DNA from: Pyrodictiaceae archaeon
GTDB taxonomy: Archaea > Thermoproteota > Thermoprotei_A > Sulfolobales > Pyrodictiaceae
NCBI GenBank assembly: GCA_027036135.1
Contig: JALVSY010000007.1
Span: forward strand, 388,880-452,879
DNA: 64,000 bases
Direction: 5' to 3'
Made by a program: the position numbers and the translations under genes. Within the stretch, counting starts at the first letter, position 1, and each line of letters begins with the position of its first letter. The notes beneath the pieces are model-generated. The model ran no database searches and was not told the origin of the DNA. It saw nothing but the letters and a program-made list of their open reading frames with translations. Shown in pieces: positions 1 to 10,091 of this stretch.

Positions 1-1005
1 CTTCTTTGCCTCCTCGGCTAATATATCAGCATCTTCTCGCTCTTCGTCAACTATGAGGTACTTTAGGGCACCCATTTGTAGAGCTGTTTTAACGTCTCTA
101 TCACCGTATATTGCTAGTCCGTCATCCTTTGCTAAGTGTATTTTGAACTCCTCTATGGCCTTGTGTAGCTCGGCGTACTTGTTCTTCTCTATAATGTCGG
201 CGGCCTTTATTACGAGTTCGCGTAGCCCTGCCTCGCCTTGGTATGCCACGTCAACTGTTTGTGGCGCTATCTTTTGGCGCACACGGTAATCTAAGAAGTC
301 CTTTGCCTCTTTCATGAAGTCTTGTTTAGCGTATGCTGGGCCTCCGAGGATAATTGCTCTTAGCTTCCCTTTCTCTATTAGTGGCAGGAAGTGCTTGTTC
401 ATTGCCTCGGCTACTTCTTTGTAGAAGCCCTTAACGAATTGCTCTATTTGTCTATCGAATCGGCGCTGGCTTTGACCTCCTCTATGATGTTTTCCTGGAA
501 CATAGCCTTCGAGTTCCTCGAGTACCTGTATCCGGCTACCCTTTAGCAAGCCTATGGTTGCTTCATCTCTCTCAACGATTACTAGTCCGTAGGTCTCCTC
601 GCTCTCAACCATTTCCTCAAGGAACTCGGTGTGGAACCATTTATCGGTCCTATAGAAGAATACTGGTACAGACTCTGGCGGCGAGAACATTAGGCATATG
701 AAGTCATTCGTGTCCATATCCTGGCCACAGAAGAGTACTAGCCCGTTGGGCGGTACCTTCTGCACCTTAGTAAGCCTATCCATAGCAGCAGCGAGTGCTC
801 GTTGTACTGCGTCACGGGTCCGCTTGAGCTTAATGTTATCAGTTATCGAGTACTCTGTGCGCAGCAAGCTAACAACGTCGCTTATAGGCCTCCCTGGCGG
901 AATATAGAGGCTTAAGAGCACTGTTGCTGGCGCCTTCCATTTCTTAAGCTCTCGTATTATCTTTTTCAGCGTGGTCTTATCGACTTCTAGCCTCGCTGTA
1001 CTCAT
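1..1005 (-). CDS. prf1: Peptide chain release factor aRF1 (3' end runs off window)
   Basis: Manual translation from ATG 1005: [10 protein letters not shown]...[11 protein letters not shown]...[11 protein letters not shown] (NIKS-like motif)...[15 protein letters not shown] (GGQ motif). Absent from ORF track because it is truncated. Confidence 0.95.
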   Translation of the reverse strand, partial: MSTARLEVDKTTLKKIIRELKKWKAPATVLLSLYIPPGRPISDVVSLLRTEYSITDNIKLKRTRDAVQRALAAAMDRLTKVQKVPPNGLVLFCGQDMDTNDFICLMFSPPESVPVFFYRTDKWFHTEFLEEMVESEETYGLVIVERDEATIGLLKGSRIQVLEELEGYVPGKHHRGGQSQRRFDRQIEQFVKGFYKEVAEAMNKHFLPLIEKGKLRAIILGGPAYAKQDFMKEAKDFLDYRVRQKIAPQTVDVAYQGEAGLRELVIKAADIIEKNKYAELHKAIEEFKIHLAKDDGLAIYGDRDVKTALQMGALKYLIVDEEREDADILAEEAKK

Positions 1006-1134
1006 AGAGTTCCCCCTTCACACTAGGAATAACGCCATACACTTATAACGATACAAGCTCCTCTACAAGGGTATTACTTAGCCCTTTGTTTTAGAAAAGC
1101 GTATTAGCAGTAACAATTATCTCGGGGATTAGCA

Positions 1135-1437
1135 GTGATAATGGAGGTAACCGTATTTCATGGCTATGGTTCACTAAGCCAAGGAGTCCTTAAGAATATT
1201 AGGAAAGCTACAGAGATCCTTCGTGACCAAGGCTACATAGTCATTATCCGTGAAGTAACGGTTCCAGCACTTGATGCTGAGGATGACTTTACCCCCTTTG
1301 TTATGGTTAATGGTGTTGAACTTCACATACCCTTTGTTGAGGTCGACGAAAATATTCTTGCCCAGTACATCGTAGAAAGTATTGAGGCCTATGAGAACAT
1401 GCTAGGGTTACCCGCACCACCAGTTGCTATTGCCTAG
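1135..1437 (+). CDS. Hypothetical small protein, thioredoxin-like fold without CXXC; resembles 29312..29734
   Basis: 100-aa ORF with PFVMVNG motif and GGGG SD-like element upstream. Confidence 0.7.
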   Translation: MIMEVTVFHGYGSLSQGVLKNIRKATEILRDQGYIVIIREVTVPALDAEDDFTPFVMVNGVELHIPFVEVDENILAQYIVESIEAYENMLGLPAPPVAIA

Positions 1438-1865
1438 GCTACTTGCTCTGTCTTCGATCTAAGGCCTAGCTTGTAGAACGGGCATGTGCTCCAGTATTTT
1501 TCGCACCTAGCTACCTCGCTCCGCGTAAGAAGCCGATTAAGTACAGTACAGTAGGCCAGGTACCCGCCTCCATAGGTATATATCTTTATAAATGGGCAAT
1601 CCGAGCGAGGCTTAGACGATAACAAGTGTATAGCGGGGTAAGGTCTAAGCTGCTTCTCCAAAGCCGGTTTCATGGCTTGCTCAAGCGGTGATTTCCTCGT
1701 AGAGGCCTCTGGGTCAACGTAGAACCTGCATGACTTATACTCAGCCTCTGAGCCTAGGCACCTCTCCTTAGAGACCACTGCTGCAGAGGGCTTGCTAAGT
1801 TTCGGAGAGGTACAAACACCTCCCTGATACCACGGACACGGCATTACCGAGTCACCGCTACTCAA
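1434..1865 (-). CDS. Conserved Cys-rich hypothetical protein (two CPxY/F modules)
   Basis: CPWY..C..C..CRFY and CPFI..C..C..CPFY repeats. Confidence 0.8.
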   Translation of the reverse strand: MSSGDSVMPCPWYQGGVCTSPKLSKPSAAVVSKERCLGSEAEYKSCRFYVDPEASTRKSPLEQAMKPALEKQLRPYPAIHLLSSKPRSDCPFIKIYTYGGGYLAYCTVLNRLLTRSEVARCEKYWSTCPFYKLGLRSKTEQVA

Positions 1866-1903
1866 GGTACTATGTTACTGTACCAGGGCTGTGTATTAGA
1901 GGA

Positions 1904-2137
1904 TTAGTTCTCTTCCTGCTCTTTTCTATCTCTGCATTTCTCCAGTTCTCTTCTAAGACGCTCATTCTCTTCAGATATTGCTTCGATGCGTTGCTCAAGC
2001 TTCCTTATAATTGCTAATAGCTCTTTAACTTCTTCCTGGGAATTACAAGAGGTTATGCACTGGGATAATTGGTATCTTAGCTCCTCGTTCTCTTTTCTAA
2101 GAAGCATGGCTTCTCTGCATTGCTTGTTAGCAGTCAC
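1904..2137 (-). CDS. Small coiled-coil protein
   Basis: Heptad-rich E/K/L sequence; GGTG SD upstream of GTG. Confidence 0.7.
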   Translation of the reverse strand: MTANKQCREAMLLRKENEELRYQLSQCITSCNSQEEVKELLAIIRKLEQRIEAISEENERLRRELEKCRDRKEQEEN

Positions 2138-2194
2138 GAGGAGGCACCGTCCTCGATATGTCTTAGTACTAACCTCTTAGCCTCTTGAAGAGAG

Positions 2195-2581
2195 TTAGGC
2201 TAGGTTGCAGCAAGGAGGATTCTTGCAGCAAGGATCAAGGCCGCTTTGGCATCTAGTTTTAAACCATTCTCTAATAAGGAAAGCAGCTCTCTCATCGAGA
2301 ACCATCAAGCCGCTTATGATATACGTGTTTGCATGGCAGTAGCCCTCTTTTTTCATAGTCTTAATTATTGGTGATAGAAGGGACTTTATAAGAAATAACC
2401 ACAAGTTCCAGTCGGGTAACTCGAAGATCTCGGATTCATTCGTTATACCATAAGTGGCTAACGCCTCCTCGGCAATAACAAGTACCTTTGCAGCTACTTG
2501 CCCTGGCACCTTGGCTGCCCTGAGGCTAGTTCGCAATGCATCCAGTAACTTCAATACCTTTCCCTTGTAACACGGACACAC
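2195..2581 (-). CDS. Hypothetical protein with Cys-rich termini
   Basis: 128 aa; CPC at N-terminus, CQSGLDPCCKNPPCC at C-terminus. Confidence 0.7.
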   Translation of the reverse strand: MCPCYKGKVLKLLDALRTSLRAAKVPGQVAAKVLVIAEEALATYGITNESEIFELPDWNLWLFLIKSLLSPIIKTMKKEGYCHANTYIISGLMVLDERAAFLIREWFKTRCQSGLDPCCKNPPCCNLA

Positions 2582-2697
2582 ATGGGTACCATATAGTCTT
2601 TTACTATATCATATCGCATTAAGCGATATAGGTTTCTGAGAAATGCGAAGCTATTGCCTAAACAATATAATCTCCTAGGAAACGGAGATACCTTCTA

Positions 2698-2763
2698 GGG
2701 GATGATAATAAAAGGCCTCTACTGATGCACACCTCATTGATGACGCTTTAGGCCGTTGACCCC
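2698..2763 (+). ncRNA. Box C/D sRNA
   Basis: C GATGATA, D' CTGA, C' TTGATGA, D TTGA, terminal GGG/CCC stem; D guide CGCTTTAGGCC is antisense to archaeal 16S GGCCTAAAGCG. Confidence 0.8.
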
Positions 2764-2784
2764 GCTAAGGTGCCTTACTCTAGG

Positions 2785-3150
2785 CTAAAACACCTTTAAT
2801 GGGTCTCTTTCCGGCTCTCCGTAGAGTAGTCTCTTGAGCTCGTAATGAATCTCGTATACTGTCGCTCTTATAGCTCCTGGCACGAACTGATTACTTATGA
2901 TCCTTGTGTATAGCTTATCTAGTTCGTTGTAGGCGGAAAACATGTTAGGAGAATCATTGCATAGCATCTTCTCAACCCTGCTTAATGCAAGCACAATGTA
3001 CTCAAGATTATCAACAACTTTCCTTAAGACCTCTGAATTACCGCTACTTAGTCGCTGTAGGTAATTCTCATAGTATGTCTGAGTAGTACTTATACCGTAG
3101 TGTAAGTGTTCGCATACAGAGATAAGCTCTAGCTTACTGTTAAGAATCAC
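2785..3150 (-). CDS. Hypothetical protein
   Basis: 121-aa helical ORF with GGGGA SD. Confidence 0.65.
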   Translation of the reverse strand: MILNSKLELISVCEHLHYGISTTQTYYENYLQRLSSGNSEVLRKVVDNLEYIVLALSRVEKMLCNDSPNMFSAYNELDKLYTRIISNQFVPGAIRATVYEIHYELKRLLYGEPERDPLKVF

Positions 3151-3293
3151 TTGTCAGTCCCCCAAGTAGCTATGATTATAGATAATAGGGGCAAGCTGTG
3201 TGCTCAAAGCGGTTCGGGGCAATAATACCCTTCAAGAGTAAGGTTTATCCCTTTAAAATGTAAGGGCTATAAAAGGGTGTGGGCTCGGAATAA

Positions 3294-3617
3294 ATGCATG
3301 GAGGCGGATTCGCAGTGGCAGCAGATCCCAGGCGCCGAAATAGCTCTGAAGAAGTATTTGTTTATGACCAAGGAATAGTACTTGATAAGCTATACGAGGA
3401 CGACGATGTAGTCGTTGTCGTGGCTCCTAATGAGGACCAACTCAGGGATATTATACTCGAGCTTCTCCAGGAAAGGCCAATGACTGTTAGAGAACTCCAT
3501 AGCAAGCTATCTGGGCTCGCAAGCGAGGACAAAATAAGGTATGCACTTAACAAGCTCATTGAAGAAGGTATTGTAGAGGGGGATGAGGAAGGTCGTTACT
3601 ACGCTCTATATACATAG
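3294..3617 (+). CDS. Winged-helix (ArsR-like) DNA-binding protein
   Basis: PMTVRELHSKL...KIRYALNKLIEEGIV wHTH signature. Confidence 0.8.
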   Translation: MHGGGFAVAADPRRRNSSEEVFVYDQGIVLDKLYEDDDVVVVVAPNEDQLRDIILELLQERPMTVRELHSKLSGLASEDKIRYALNKLIEEGIVEGDEEGRYYALYT

Positions 3618-3828
3618 TATTAATTACCAGTATATTCTAGGCCTAATAGTTTCGGCTTACTTTTATACACTGGTGGTGTCTTCTTTTATCTAATACAAAA
3701 GAAGAAAATTAGGTACACCCTAACAGTTTCTCTTAAACATTAAACTCCTACTGCTAGTTGTGCTAGGGTGCTTTAATATGGCTCTATTATTGCTGCTTAG
3801 TAGTTTTGTGTTGCTTCTTTTGTATTAG
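3583..3828 (+). pseudogene. Possible decayed membrane-protein gene (two in-frame TAA)
   Basis: ATG 3583 with GAGGGG SD: MRKVVTTLY...LVVSSFI*YKRRKLGTP*QFLLNIKLLLLVVLG...LLLLY*; hydrophobic segments continue in one frame. Confidence 0.35.
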
Positions 3829-3859
3829 TACAGTAGTAGTTTCGATATAGGGTCTCTCT

Positions 3860-4244
3860 ATGCGGGTTATGCTTACCTTATTGGTTCCGCTGATTTATCT
3901 AATATTGCATGAATTTGTGCACTTTGCTGCTGCGCGTTTGCTAGGCCTTAGTGCATGTATCTATCTTAGTAGTGATAGCGTCCTTCCATCGCTTGGTGTT
4001 AACGTTGTTGGCGAAGTTAGTGGTGTTAATAGGTACCTGGTATTATATTCTCCTTATGTGATTAATATCGCAATGCTCCTTAGTGGCGGCAATTGTTTTT
4101 ATAAAAGTATTTAGTCTACTTACTCTAACGAATGCTGTACTCGAAGAAGAAAATAATAGACGTTTTAGACTAATTATTGCATTGGTAATATTCATGTTAA
4201 TGATATTGTTTTTAGAAAAATATGTACTTTTTAGTTGCTCTTAG
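3860..4244 (+). pseudogene. Membrane zinc metallopeptidase-like (HEXXH) gene, frameshifted
   Basis: ORF 3860..4114 has LHEFVH; the +1 frame (open from about 4063 to 4244) continues with hydrophobic VFSLLTLTNAVL...LIIALVIFMLMILF. Confidence 0.55.
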
Positions 4245-4255
4245 TTTCTCGGGAT

Positions 4256-4588
4256 TTAGACTGCTAGTGTCAAGTCTAGGAAGTCCATGGGTAGTGGTCT
4301 TCCCTTTGACTTAAGCTCGTCATACTTCTGGGATAGCCACTCAATGAAGACCGGGCATCCGTCAAACTTGCCATCACGTTCGCAGCGCTCTCCTAGCTTG
4401 AGGAAGCACTTGCCTGTTCTCTTATCGTAGTATGGGCACATTTTGTGGTATTGCTTAGCGCTTCTTAGCATTCTCATAATCCATCGCTTTTTCGGGTCTT
4501 TCCGTTCCTTCTCCTCTGTTTGGCTTAGTATGCGCTCGAGTTCTTCATTTGATATATGTCTTGCTGTCACGGGTATCACCCCTTGCAT
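4256..4588 (-). CDS. Conserved crenarchaeal Cys4 hypothetical protein
   Basis: CPYY...C...C...CPVF motif. Confidence 0.8.
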   Translation of the reverse strand: MQGVIPVTARHISNEELERILSQTEEKERKDPKKRWIMRMLRSAKQYHKMCPYYDKRTGKCFLKLGERCERDGKFDGCPVFIEWLSQKYDELKSKGRPLPMDFLDLTLAV

Positions 4589-4780
4589 GTGCTACGTATA
4601 TGTGAGGGGTAAGGGGCAAAGATATAGAGCCCTTTATGAGCCTCGTGGCATTGATACGAGTCTCTATCGTGGGTTATGCCAGTGTTTAGGTACTACATTA
4701 AAACTACCTATATTTTTGGCGGTTCAGTGTCCTATTCTACCTCGAGTTCTACGCGTCCTAGACGAGGGGTTTAGTGCGGC

Positions 4781-5830
4781 ATGTCTGATGTTCATAACTC
4801 TATCACGGTGCTCGGTGGCGGTGTTGCTGGCTCAGTACTGGCCTACTTAGCTAAGCGCGGCAACTTGGATGTGCAACTATATGATATAGTTCCTAAATAT
4901 GCAAAAGCTTGTGGAGAGGCAATTCCTGCACAGATATCTCAAGTCTTGTTAAAGAACGGTGTTCCTGAACCACCTATTATAGATAAGATACGCGTTTTTA
5001 GTATATATGGCCCGCTTGGCAAGATAGTTAGACGCGTCGTGTTCGAGAAACCGGTATGGTACATAATAGATAAGGGTAAATGGCTCAATAGATTACGGGC
5101 TAGTGTAGGGACTAGACTCGTTAAAGGAAAACAAGAGTGCGGTTCCCCTGGGCTCTCTGGCATAGTATTTGATGCACGTGGCCCCTTCAGCTCAGAGGGA
5201 GCCAAGATAGTTGTATGGCAAGCCTATGTGGAAAACATGATCGGTATTCGGGAAGAAGCATTACAAGTGGTTGATTTTCGGTATTCTCCTGGTCTTGTCT
5301 GGGCGTTTAGCAAGGGTGACGAGATCAATGTTGGTGGTGGTTTTGTTGGTGTTAATAATCCTCGGCATAGAAGTATAGAGATACTTGAAAAAATATTTAG
5401 TATAAATAATATAGATAAATACATAGTTAGAGAAAATTATTCTATTCTTACACTTATTCCGAGAATAAAGATCTTTGAAAAGAACTGCATACGAGTTGGC
5501 GAGGCTGCAGGACTTATCATGAGCCTCGGAGGCGAAGGCATAAGACCAGCTATTTTATCAGCAATAGCTGCGTATAAATCACTCAAAATAAGCAATAATG
5601 CCTTGAGCCTTGATATCAATGAATACGTTGCACAGATAAGACCGCTTATTTATCAAACAAGGCTCCATAGACTCATTTTCAGAGTTGGTGCTAGCCTAGG
5701 TCAACAAATTATTGAGAAAATATTAGGGAAAGTTGATGAAGATATGTTAGAGGAGTGGTTTAGTGGAAATCTTGGGCTTAAGACAAAGCTCGCAAAACTA
5801 ATCCATAATATTATCGTAGCATTGCTCTAG
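4781..5830 (+). CDS. FAD-dependent oxidoreductase, geranylgeranyl-reductase family (divergent)
   Basis: GGGVAG dinucleotide-binding motif, KACGEA, VGEAAGLIMSLGGEGI. Confidence 0.85.
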   Translation: MSDVHNSITVLGGGVAGSVLAYLAKRGNLDVQLYDIVPKYAKACGEAIPAQISQVLLKNGVPEPPIIDKIRVFSIYGPLGKIVRRVVFEKPVWYIIDKGKWLNRLRASVGTRLVKGKQECGSPGLSGIVFDARGPFSSEGAKIVVWQAYVENMIGIREEALQVVDFRYSPGLVWAFSKGDEINVGGGFVGVNNPRHRSIEILEKIFSINNIDKYIVRENYSILTLIPRIKIFEKNCIRVGEAAGLIMSLGGEGIRPAILSAIAAYKSLKISNNALSLDINEYVAQIRPLIYQTRLHRLIFRVGASLGQQIIEKILGKVDEDMLEEWFSGNLGLKTKLAKLIHNIIVALL

Positions 5831-6420
5831 CTAGTAAGCTTCAATAGCTTATCTACAAACTCGTCCTCATTAGCTGCGCTAAGTCCATGTACCTCAATGT
5901 CTGCTATTATTTTCGAGTCTTTCACTCTAGCTCCTAGAATTCTTATCCGCATAGCATCTTTAGATACCTCTATTAGTGCTTCCTTTTCATTAACTCGGAT
6001 TATTCTGAAGCCCTTCTCTTGGAGCTTCTCAGCCAGCCTTCTAATAGGGTGTTCTCTGCGAATCTCTCCCTTAATGGGTTCTCCTAGCTCTTTTAGCCTC
6101 TGTTCAATAGCTTCCACTACTTCAGGTATATCGCTGTAGGCCTTTTTTGCCTCTTCTAGTATTCGCCTAAGCACGTCCAGTCCTTCAGGAGTACTCTTTA
6201 GTATATTGACTAAGTCGTCAAAGTCTCTACTCCTAATGTAATCTGCCAGCCTTTTTACATCCCCACTAAAGGCATCAAACTTGAAACGATCCTCCGCTCT
6301 TCCCACCGCCTTCTTAATATCGTCTATTATTTGTTGGGATACTTTGCTACTTGCAAGCACCCTATTCACTATATGACGAAGGAAATCTATACGACGCTGT
6401 TGGCTCAGAGACTGTGTCAT
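5827..6420 (-). CDS. Hypothetical protein
   Basis: 197-aa ORF, host-like composition, GGGTG SD. Confidence 0.75.
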   Translation of the reverse strand: MTQSLSQQRRIDFLRHIVNRVLASSKVSQQIIDDIKKAVGRAEDRFKFDAFSGDVKRLADYIRSRDFDDLVNILKSTPEGLDVLRRILEEAKKAYSDIPEVVEAIEQRLKELGEPIKGEIRREHPIRRLAEKLQEKGFRIIRVNEKEALIEVSKDAMRIRILGARVKDSKIIADIEVHGLSAANEDEFVDKLLKLTS

Positions 6421-6586
6421 AGCTTTGCACCCAAGTATCTAGGTAGACCCATTTAGTTGTCCTTGCAGCCCAGCTTCCCCAATAATGAACCGGTCTCCTT
6501 TCTTACCAAACTTATCTGTTTCCGATAAAGTATACTATTCTACACCATTACACAGCTCTATGCGGCTAGGATAGGAGAGAAGGGTA

Positions 6587-6958
6587 TTGGTCATCATGAT
6601 TCTAAAATCAAGGATTATTCACAATAATGTAGTTGGTATAAAAGTACGAGAGCTTGACGATAGGGTAGAGATAGTCGTCGAGTGCTTAGCAGAGGGAAGA
6701 GTACTAGTAAATAAGCATAGGATATATGGTCGTCTTGATTCTGTTGATCTGAGGCTTAAGGGTGAAGCTGTGTATACTAGTATGTATGAAATAAAGTTTA
6801 AGAATCCTATAAATTGCTTAATTCTGGGTATAGATACGCTTATTGAGGATAAGAAGCAGCCACATGTTAGCATTCAGCTGGATGAATGTGATAAGGTTGC
6901 CACGGATACGGTTATCGATGAAATGTTCTCATATACTGATTTTGGTCGTTCTAGTTAA
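6587..6958 (+). CDS. Hypothetical protein
   Basis: 123-aa ORF with GGAG/GGGT SD. Confidence 0.55.
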   Translation: MVIMILKSRIIHNNVVGIKVRELDDRVEIVVECLAEGRVLVNKHRIYGRLDSVDLRLKGEAVYTSMYEIKFKNPINCLILGIDTLIEDKKQPHVSIQLDECDKVATDTVIDEMFSYTDFGRSS

Positions 6959-7009
6959 AGCCTATAGGTAATCTAATCCCTAATATCATTTAGTGGGGGA
7001 GATTGGTTC

Positions 7010-7516
7010 ATGGTTGAACTATCTCCTAGGATAAAAAAGATAGATGTTGTTGACGTACCTATCCCGGAGGGAGCTAACGTAATTATAGGACAAGCGCACT
7101 TTATTAAAACTGTTGAGGATTTGTATGAGGCCCTTGTTACAAGTGTACCTGGAATAAAATTTGGGCTCGCGTTTTGCGAGGCAAGCCAGAAGAGGCTAAT
7201 TCGGTTTGAGGGCAATGATGAGGAGCTGAAGAAGTATGCTATTGAGGCTGCTAAGCGTATTGCAGCGGGCCACGTTTTCGCAATATATATACGTGATGCA
7301 TGGCCAATAAACGTGCTTAACGCATTAAAGCATGTACAGGAGGTCGTAACACTTTATGCAGCTACAGCTAATCCATTGCAAGTAGTTGTCATCGAAACCG
7401 ATCAAGGGCGAGGGATAATAGGAGTAGTTGATGGCTATACTCCTGTCGGTGTAGAGGCTGGCAATAATATAGCTGAGAGAAGAGCATTCCTAAGGAAAAT
7501 AGGATACAAGAAATAA
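7010..7516 (+). CDS. Adenosine-specific kinase family protein (DUF355/COG1839)
   Basis: [44 protein letters not shown]. Confidence 0.9.
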   Translation: MVELSPRIKKIDVVDVPIPEGANVIIGQAHFIKTVEDLYEALVTSVPGIKFGLAFCEASQKRLIRFEGNDEELKKYAIEAAKRIAAGHVFAIYIRDAWPINVLNALKHVQEVVTLYAATANPLQVVVIETDQGRGIIGVVDGYTPVGVEAGNNIAERRAFLRKIGYKK

Positions 7517-7528
7517 TGGTGTAAGAAA

Positions 7529-7611
7529 GGCCTCAAGGCCCGGCTGACTCATCATATCTTTCTTGAGCCCTCGTATCAGCTCCGCCGTAGTTGAGGAACT
7601 CTTCATAGGCC
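7529..7611 (-). ncRNA. Box C/D sRNA
   Basis: C ATGAAGA, D' CTGA, C' ATGATGA, 12-nt guide, D TTGA, terminal GGCC/GGCC stem. Confidence 0.75.
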
Positions 7612-7738
7612 GTTTTTACCTAGTACATGTGCCCAGGCTATATGAGGTTGCCTGGTCTAGAGACTTAATTACGGAGGCAGAGCCAAGGAGGATTGTTTTA
7701 AGCTTAGTTATCCCCAACTATGTGAGGAGGAAGCAAGC

Positions 7739-8206
7739 ATGGTCAGCCAGGTCACGGTACGCGTCTTCAATTCAGAAAAAAAGGATGTAGAAGGAGTTAG
7801 CTTAACAGTTTTACGCCTAGAGAAGGAATGGAAGATGAGTGCTAGAGATTTCTATGAGTTAGTAGCAGATATGAAAGAGAGATATAAGTCGACGCCAAAC
7901 AAGGTGATAGTTCTAATAAGGCCTGGGCGAGGCTCTTCCGAGGCCGAGTATATAGCTTCTATATCAACTATTGATAAAGGTGTGTTGTTGTTCCCGGAAC
8001 CTGCGAAGCTTAAGGCGATTTACATAGCTGGCGAGGATTTGAAGCCAAGGGTTAAACAAGCCCTGTCTCTGTTCAAGCGCATAGAATTCAATGATGATGT
8101 TTACGTATATCAGGGCGATATAGTGCTAGGAGACGGAGTAAAACTTGTTGTATTAGAGACAGAGAAAGGCATCAAGGTGATAACTAGAGGCTCAATAAAG
8201 GAGTAA
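7739..8206 (+). CDS. Hypothetical protein
   Basis: 155-aa ORF with GAGGAGG SD. Confidence 0.75.
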   Translation: MVSQVTVRVFNSEKKDVEGVSLTVLRLEKEWKMSARDFYELVADMKERYKSTPNKVIVLIRPGRGSSEAEYIASISTIDKGVLLFPEPAKLKAIYIAGEDLKPRVKQALSLFKRIEFNDDVYVYQGDIVLGDGVKLVVLETEKGIKVITRGSIKE

Positions 8207-8223
8207 AAGTAAGGGAGAACCAT

Positions 8224-8294
8224 GGGGATGAAGATAGACTCCAATTATGAGCTCCACTCATGGAGCTGTGAGTAAGCTCCGCCCCTCCTGACCC
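8224..8294 (+). ncRNA. Box C/D sRNA (16S dual guide)
   Basis: C ATGAAGA, D' ATGA, internal GCTCCA/TGGAGC hairpin, C'-like GTGAGTA, D CTGA; guides GACTCCAATT and GCTCCGCCCCT are antisense to neighbouring archaeal 16S segments AATTGGAGTC and AGGGGTGGAGC. Confidence 0.85.
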
Positions 8295-8302
8295 GTTGAA
8301 AT

Positions 8303-8620
8303 TTACGTGTTCTTTAATCGCCAGAGATACTCCTCTAGTTCTCGGCGTGCAAGCTGGTATACGTGATCTAGATGTACACGCCTTATGTGTAAGTATAGTC
8401 CTTTCTTCGTAAAAGGTCCTCTTCCACATAACTTGCATCGCAGCGTGTCTCTATCATGTAGGACGAGCTGTGACGCTACATGCTCGATTATTTCTCGGGC
8501 AGGTTTCCTAAGGCTTGGAGGCAGATTCTCTAAACTATACTGTAAGCCGCAAGCCCGTCTTATCGCTAGATCAGCTATCTTTGAAACTATCTCAACTAGT
8601 TGTACGCTCTGGCTATCCAT
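8303..8620 (-). CDS. C2H2-type zinc-finger protein
   Basis: CKLCGRGPFTKKGLYLHIRRVH. Confidence 0.85.
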   Translation of the reverse strand: MDSQSVQLVEIVSKIADLAIRRACGLQYSLENLPPSLRKPAREIIEHVASQLVLHDRDTLRCKLCGRGPFTKKGLYLHIRRVHLDHVYQLARRELEEYLWRLKNT

Positions 8621-8623
8621 TTC

Positions 8624-9100
8624 TTATCCCTGGGCTGGAGTTATTAGGAGAGCTATTGACGCCGACCTCGTCCCCCAGCATTCTGCCTCCCTAGCCTTTT
8701 CTATTATTTTAGACCGTACTGGTTCCGCAACTCCTAGGTCATCCATAAGTAGATGGAGTGTTTGTATTTCCTCTCTTGGCTCGCACGCGCCGCTCTCTAG
8801 AGAAGATAGTATAAGTTCTAAGCCCTCTTCACCATACAAATCTACAAGGTGACTAATCTCCTTCTCCTTATAGCTGCACAACTCTATTAGCCCTTCTATA
8901 TATGTATAGGGCGTCCGAGAAGCCCATATAGCTAGGAGGTCATAGAGGTGCTCACGTATATCCTCGGCATGCAGCCCTAAGTTACTCAGAAACGAATACA
9001 TTGATGCTACTATTGTTATTTGCCTAACGAGGTCTTTTTCATTTATCTCATTCATTAATGCGAGGCCACTATACTGGTTCCTGGTAATAGCCTCGCTCAA
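8624..9100 (-). CDS. Hypothetical protein
   Basis: 158-aa ORF ending 3 nt before the zinc-finger gene. Confidence 0.7.
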   Translation of the reverse strand: MSEAITRNQYSGLALMNEINEKDLVRQITIVASMYSFLSNLGLHAEDIREHLYDLLAIWASRTPYTYIEGLIELCSYKEKEISHLVDLYGEEGLELILSSLESGACEPREEIQTLHLLMDDLGVAEPVRSKIIEKAREAECWGTRSASIALLITPAQG

Positions 9101-9225
9101 GGCCGAGCCCCCGCATAGTAGTTATTGCTGGTTGTAGTGAAGGGGGATTCGGATAAGTAATACTGGAACGGTTCTGAGCAATAAGCTGTTATCGGGGATC
9201 CCTTACTCGTGGAGTGTAGGAGAAG

Positions 9226-9285
9226 AGTTCAGATGGACTAGGATACTTCATCGCTGTGCTCTGGCCGGGTACATTTCATCATTAC
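9226..9285 (-). ncRNA. Box C/D sRNA
   Basis: C ATGATGA, 12-nt guide, D' CAGA, C' ATGAAGT, 12-nt guide, D CTGA. Confidence 0.85.
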
Positions 9286-9359
9286 TATTCTTGCTTCCAT
9301 AAAGATATTTTCATTAGTTCCTGTCCCCATAGATGTAGAATAAGTAGGGGCTTGCTAAA

Positions 9360-10091
9360 ATGGGTAACATATGTGCCAGATGCGGTAGACCATTAGAGCC
9401 AGGTAAGCATGTTGGAGCCCTCTGTCTCGATTGTTTCTTAGAGACTACTAGGCTACTCTGTATAGAGTCTAGGCTTGAATTCGAGTACTGTAAGTATTGT
9501 GGAAGTATACGGCTTGGCCATAAATGGGTAGAGGGCGGGGACTTAGAGGAGGCCACGAGGCGGTTCCTTGAGTGGTATGTTAATGAGCATGTAAGGCCTT
9601 GCACTAGCTTAGTAAGAGAGTATAGATTCATAAATATGTATGCTGAGACCGTGCCTTCTTGGAGAACAGTTTATAGACTAGAATTTGAATTCATATTGGA
9701 AGGTATTGATGAACCCGTGACTCAATCGTATAGAGTGACTATTTATGCAAGGCCAACTATATGTCCTCTATGCAAGGATGCCCGTGGAGGAGACCATAAT
9801 GTCCTCGTCCAGCTTAGAGGAGTAGAGCCTAGAAGGCTTGCTGAGAAACTCTCAGTCCTCTTTAACAGTAATAGTCACCTAGTAGAAAGCATCATAGACA
9901 TAGTTGAGCTAAGGAACGGCGCTGATATATTCCTATCTGATAGGGGTAGTGCCTCAAGAATTATCAGGGAGCTGAGGAAGCATTTTAGCGTAAGAGTAGT
10001 AACAACTGGCGAGGATGTCGGCATATCCTCGAGAGGAAAACTTCGGCGGAGACTCGTCTACTCTGTTAGGCTTAGGGAAAGAAGGCGATAA
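9360..10091 (+). CDS. nmd3: NMD3-family protein
   Basis: CARCG...LCLDCF...CKYCG...ICPLCK Zn motifs and LVQLRG. Confidence 0.85.
   Translation: MGNICARCGRPLEPGKHVGALCLDCFLETTRLLCIESRLEFEYCKYCGSIRLGHKWVEGGDLEEATRRFLEWYVNEHVRPCTSLVREYRFINMYAETVPSWRTVYRLEFEFILEGIDEPVTQSYRVTIYARPTICPLCKDARGGDHNVLVQLRGVEPRRLAEKLSVLFNSNSHLVESIIDIVELRNGADIFLSDRGSASRIIRELRKHFSVRVVTTGEDVGISSRGKLRRRLVYSVRLRERRR

Noticed and set aside
9124-9183. TATTGC...CTGA-GCAATA with GTGAAGG, possible C/D sRNA
   Set aside because: No convincing D'/C' pair or regular guide spacing
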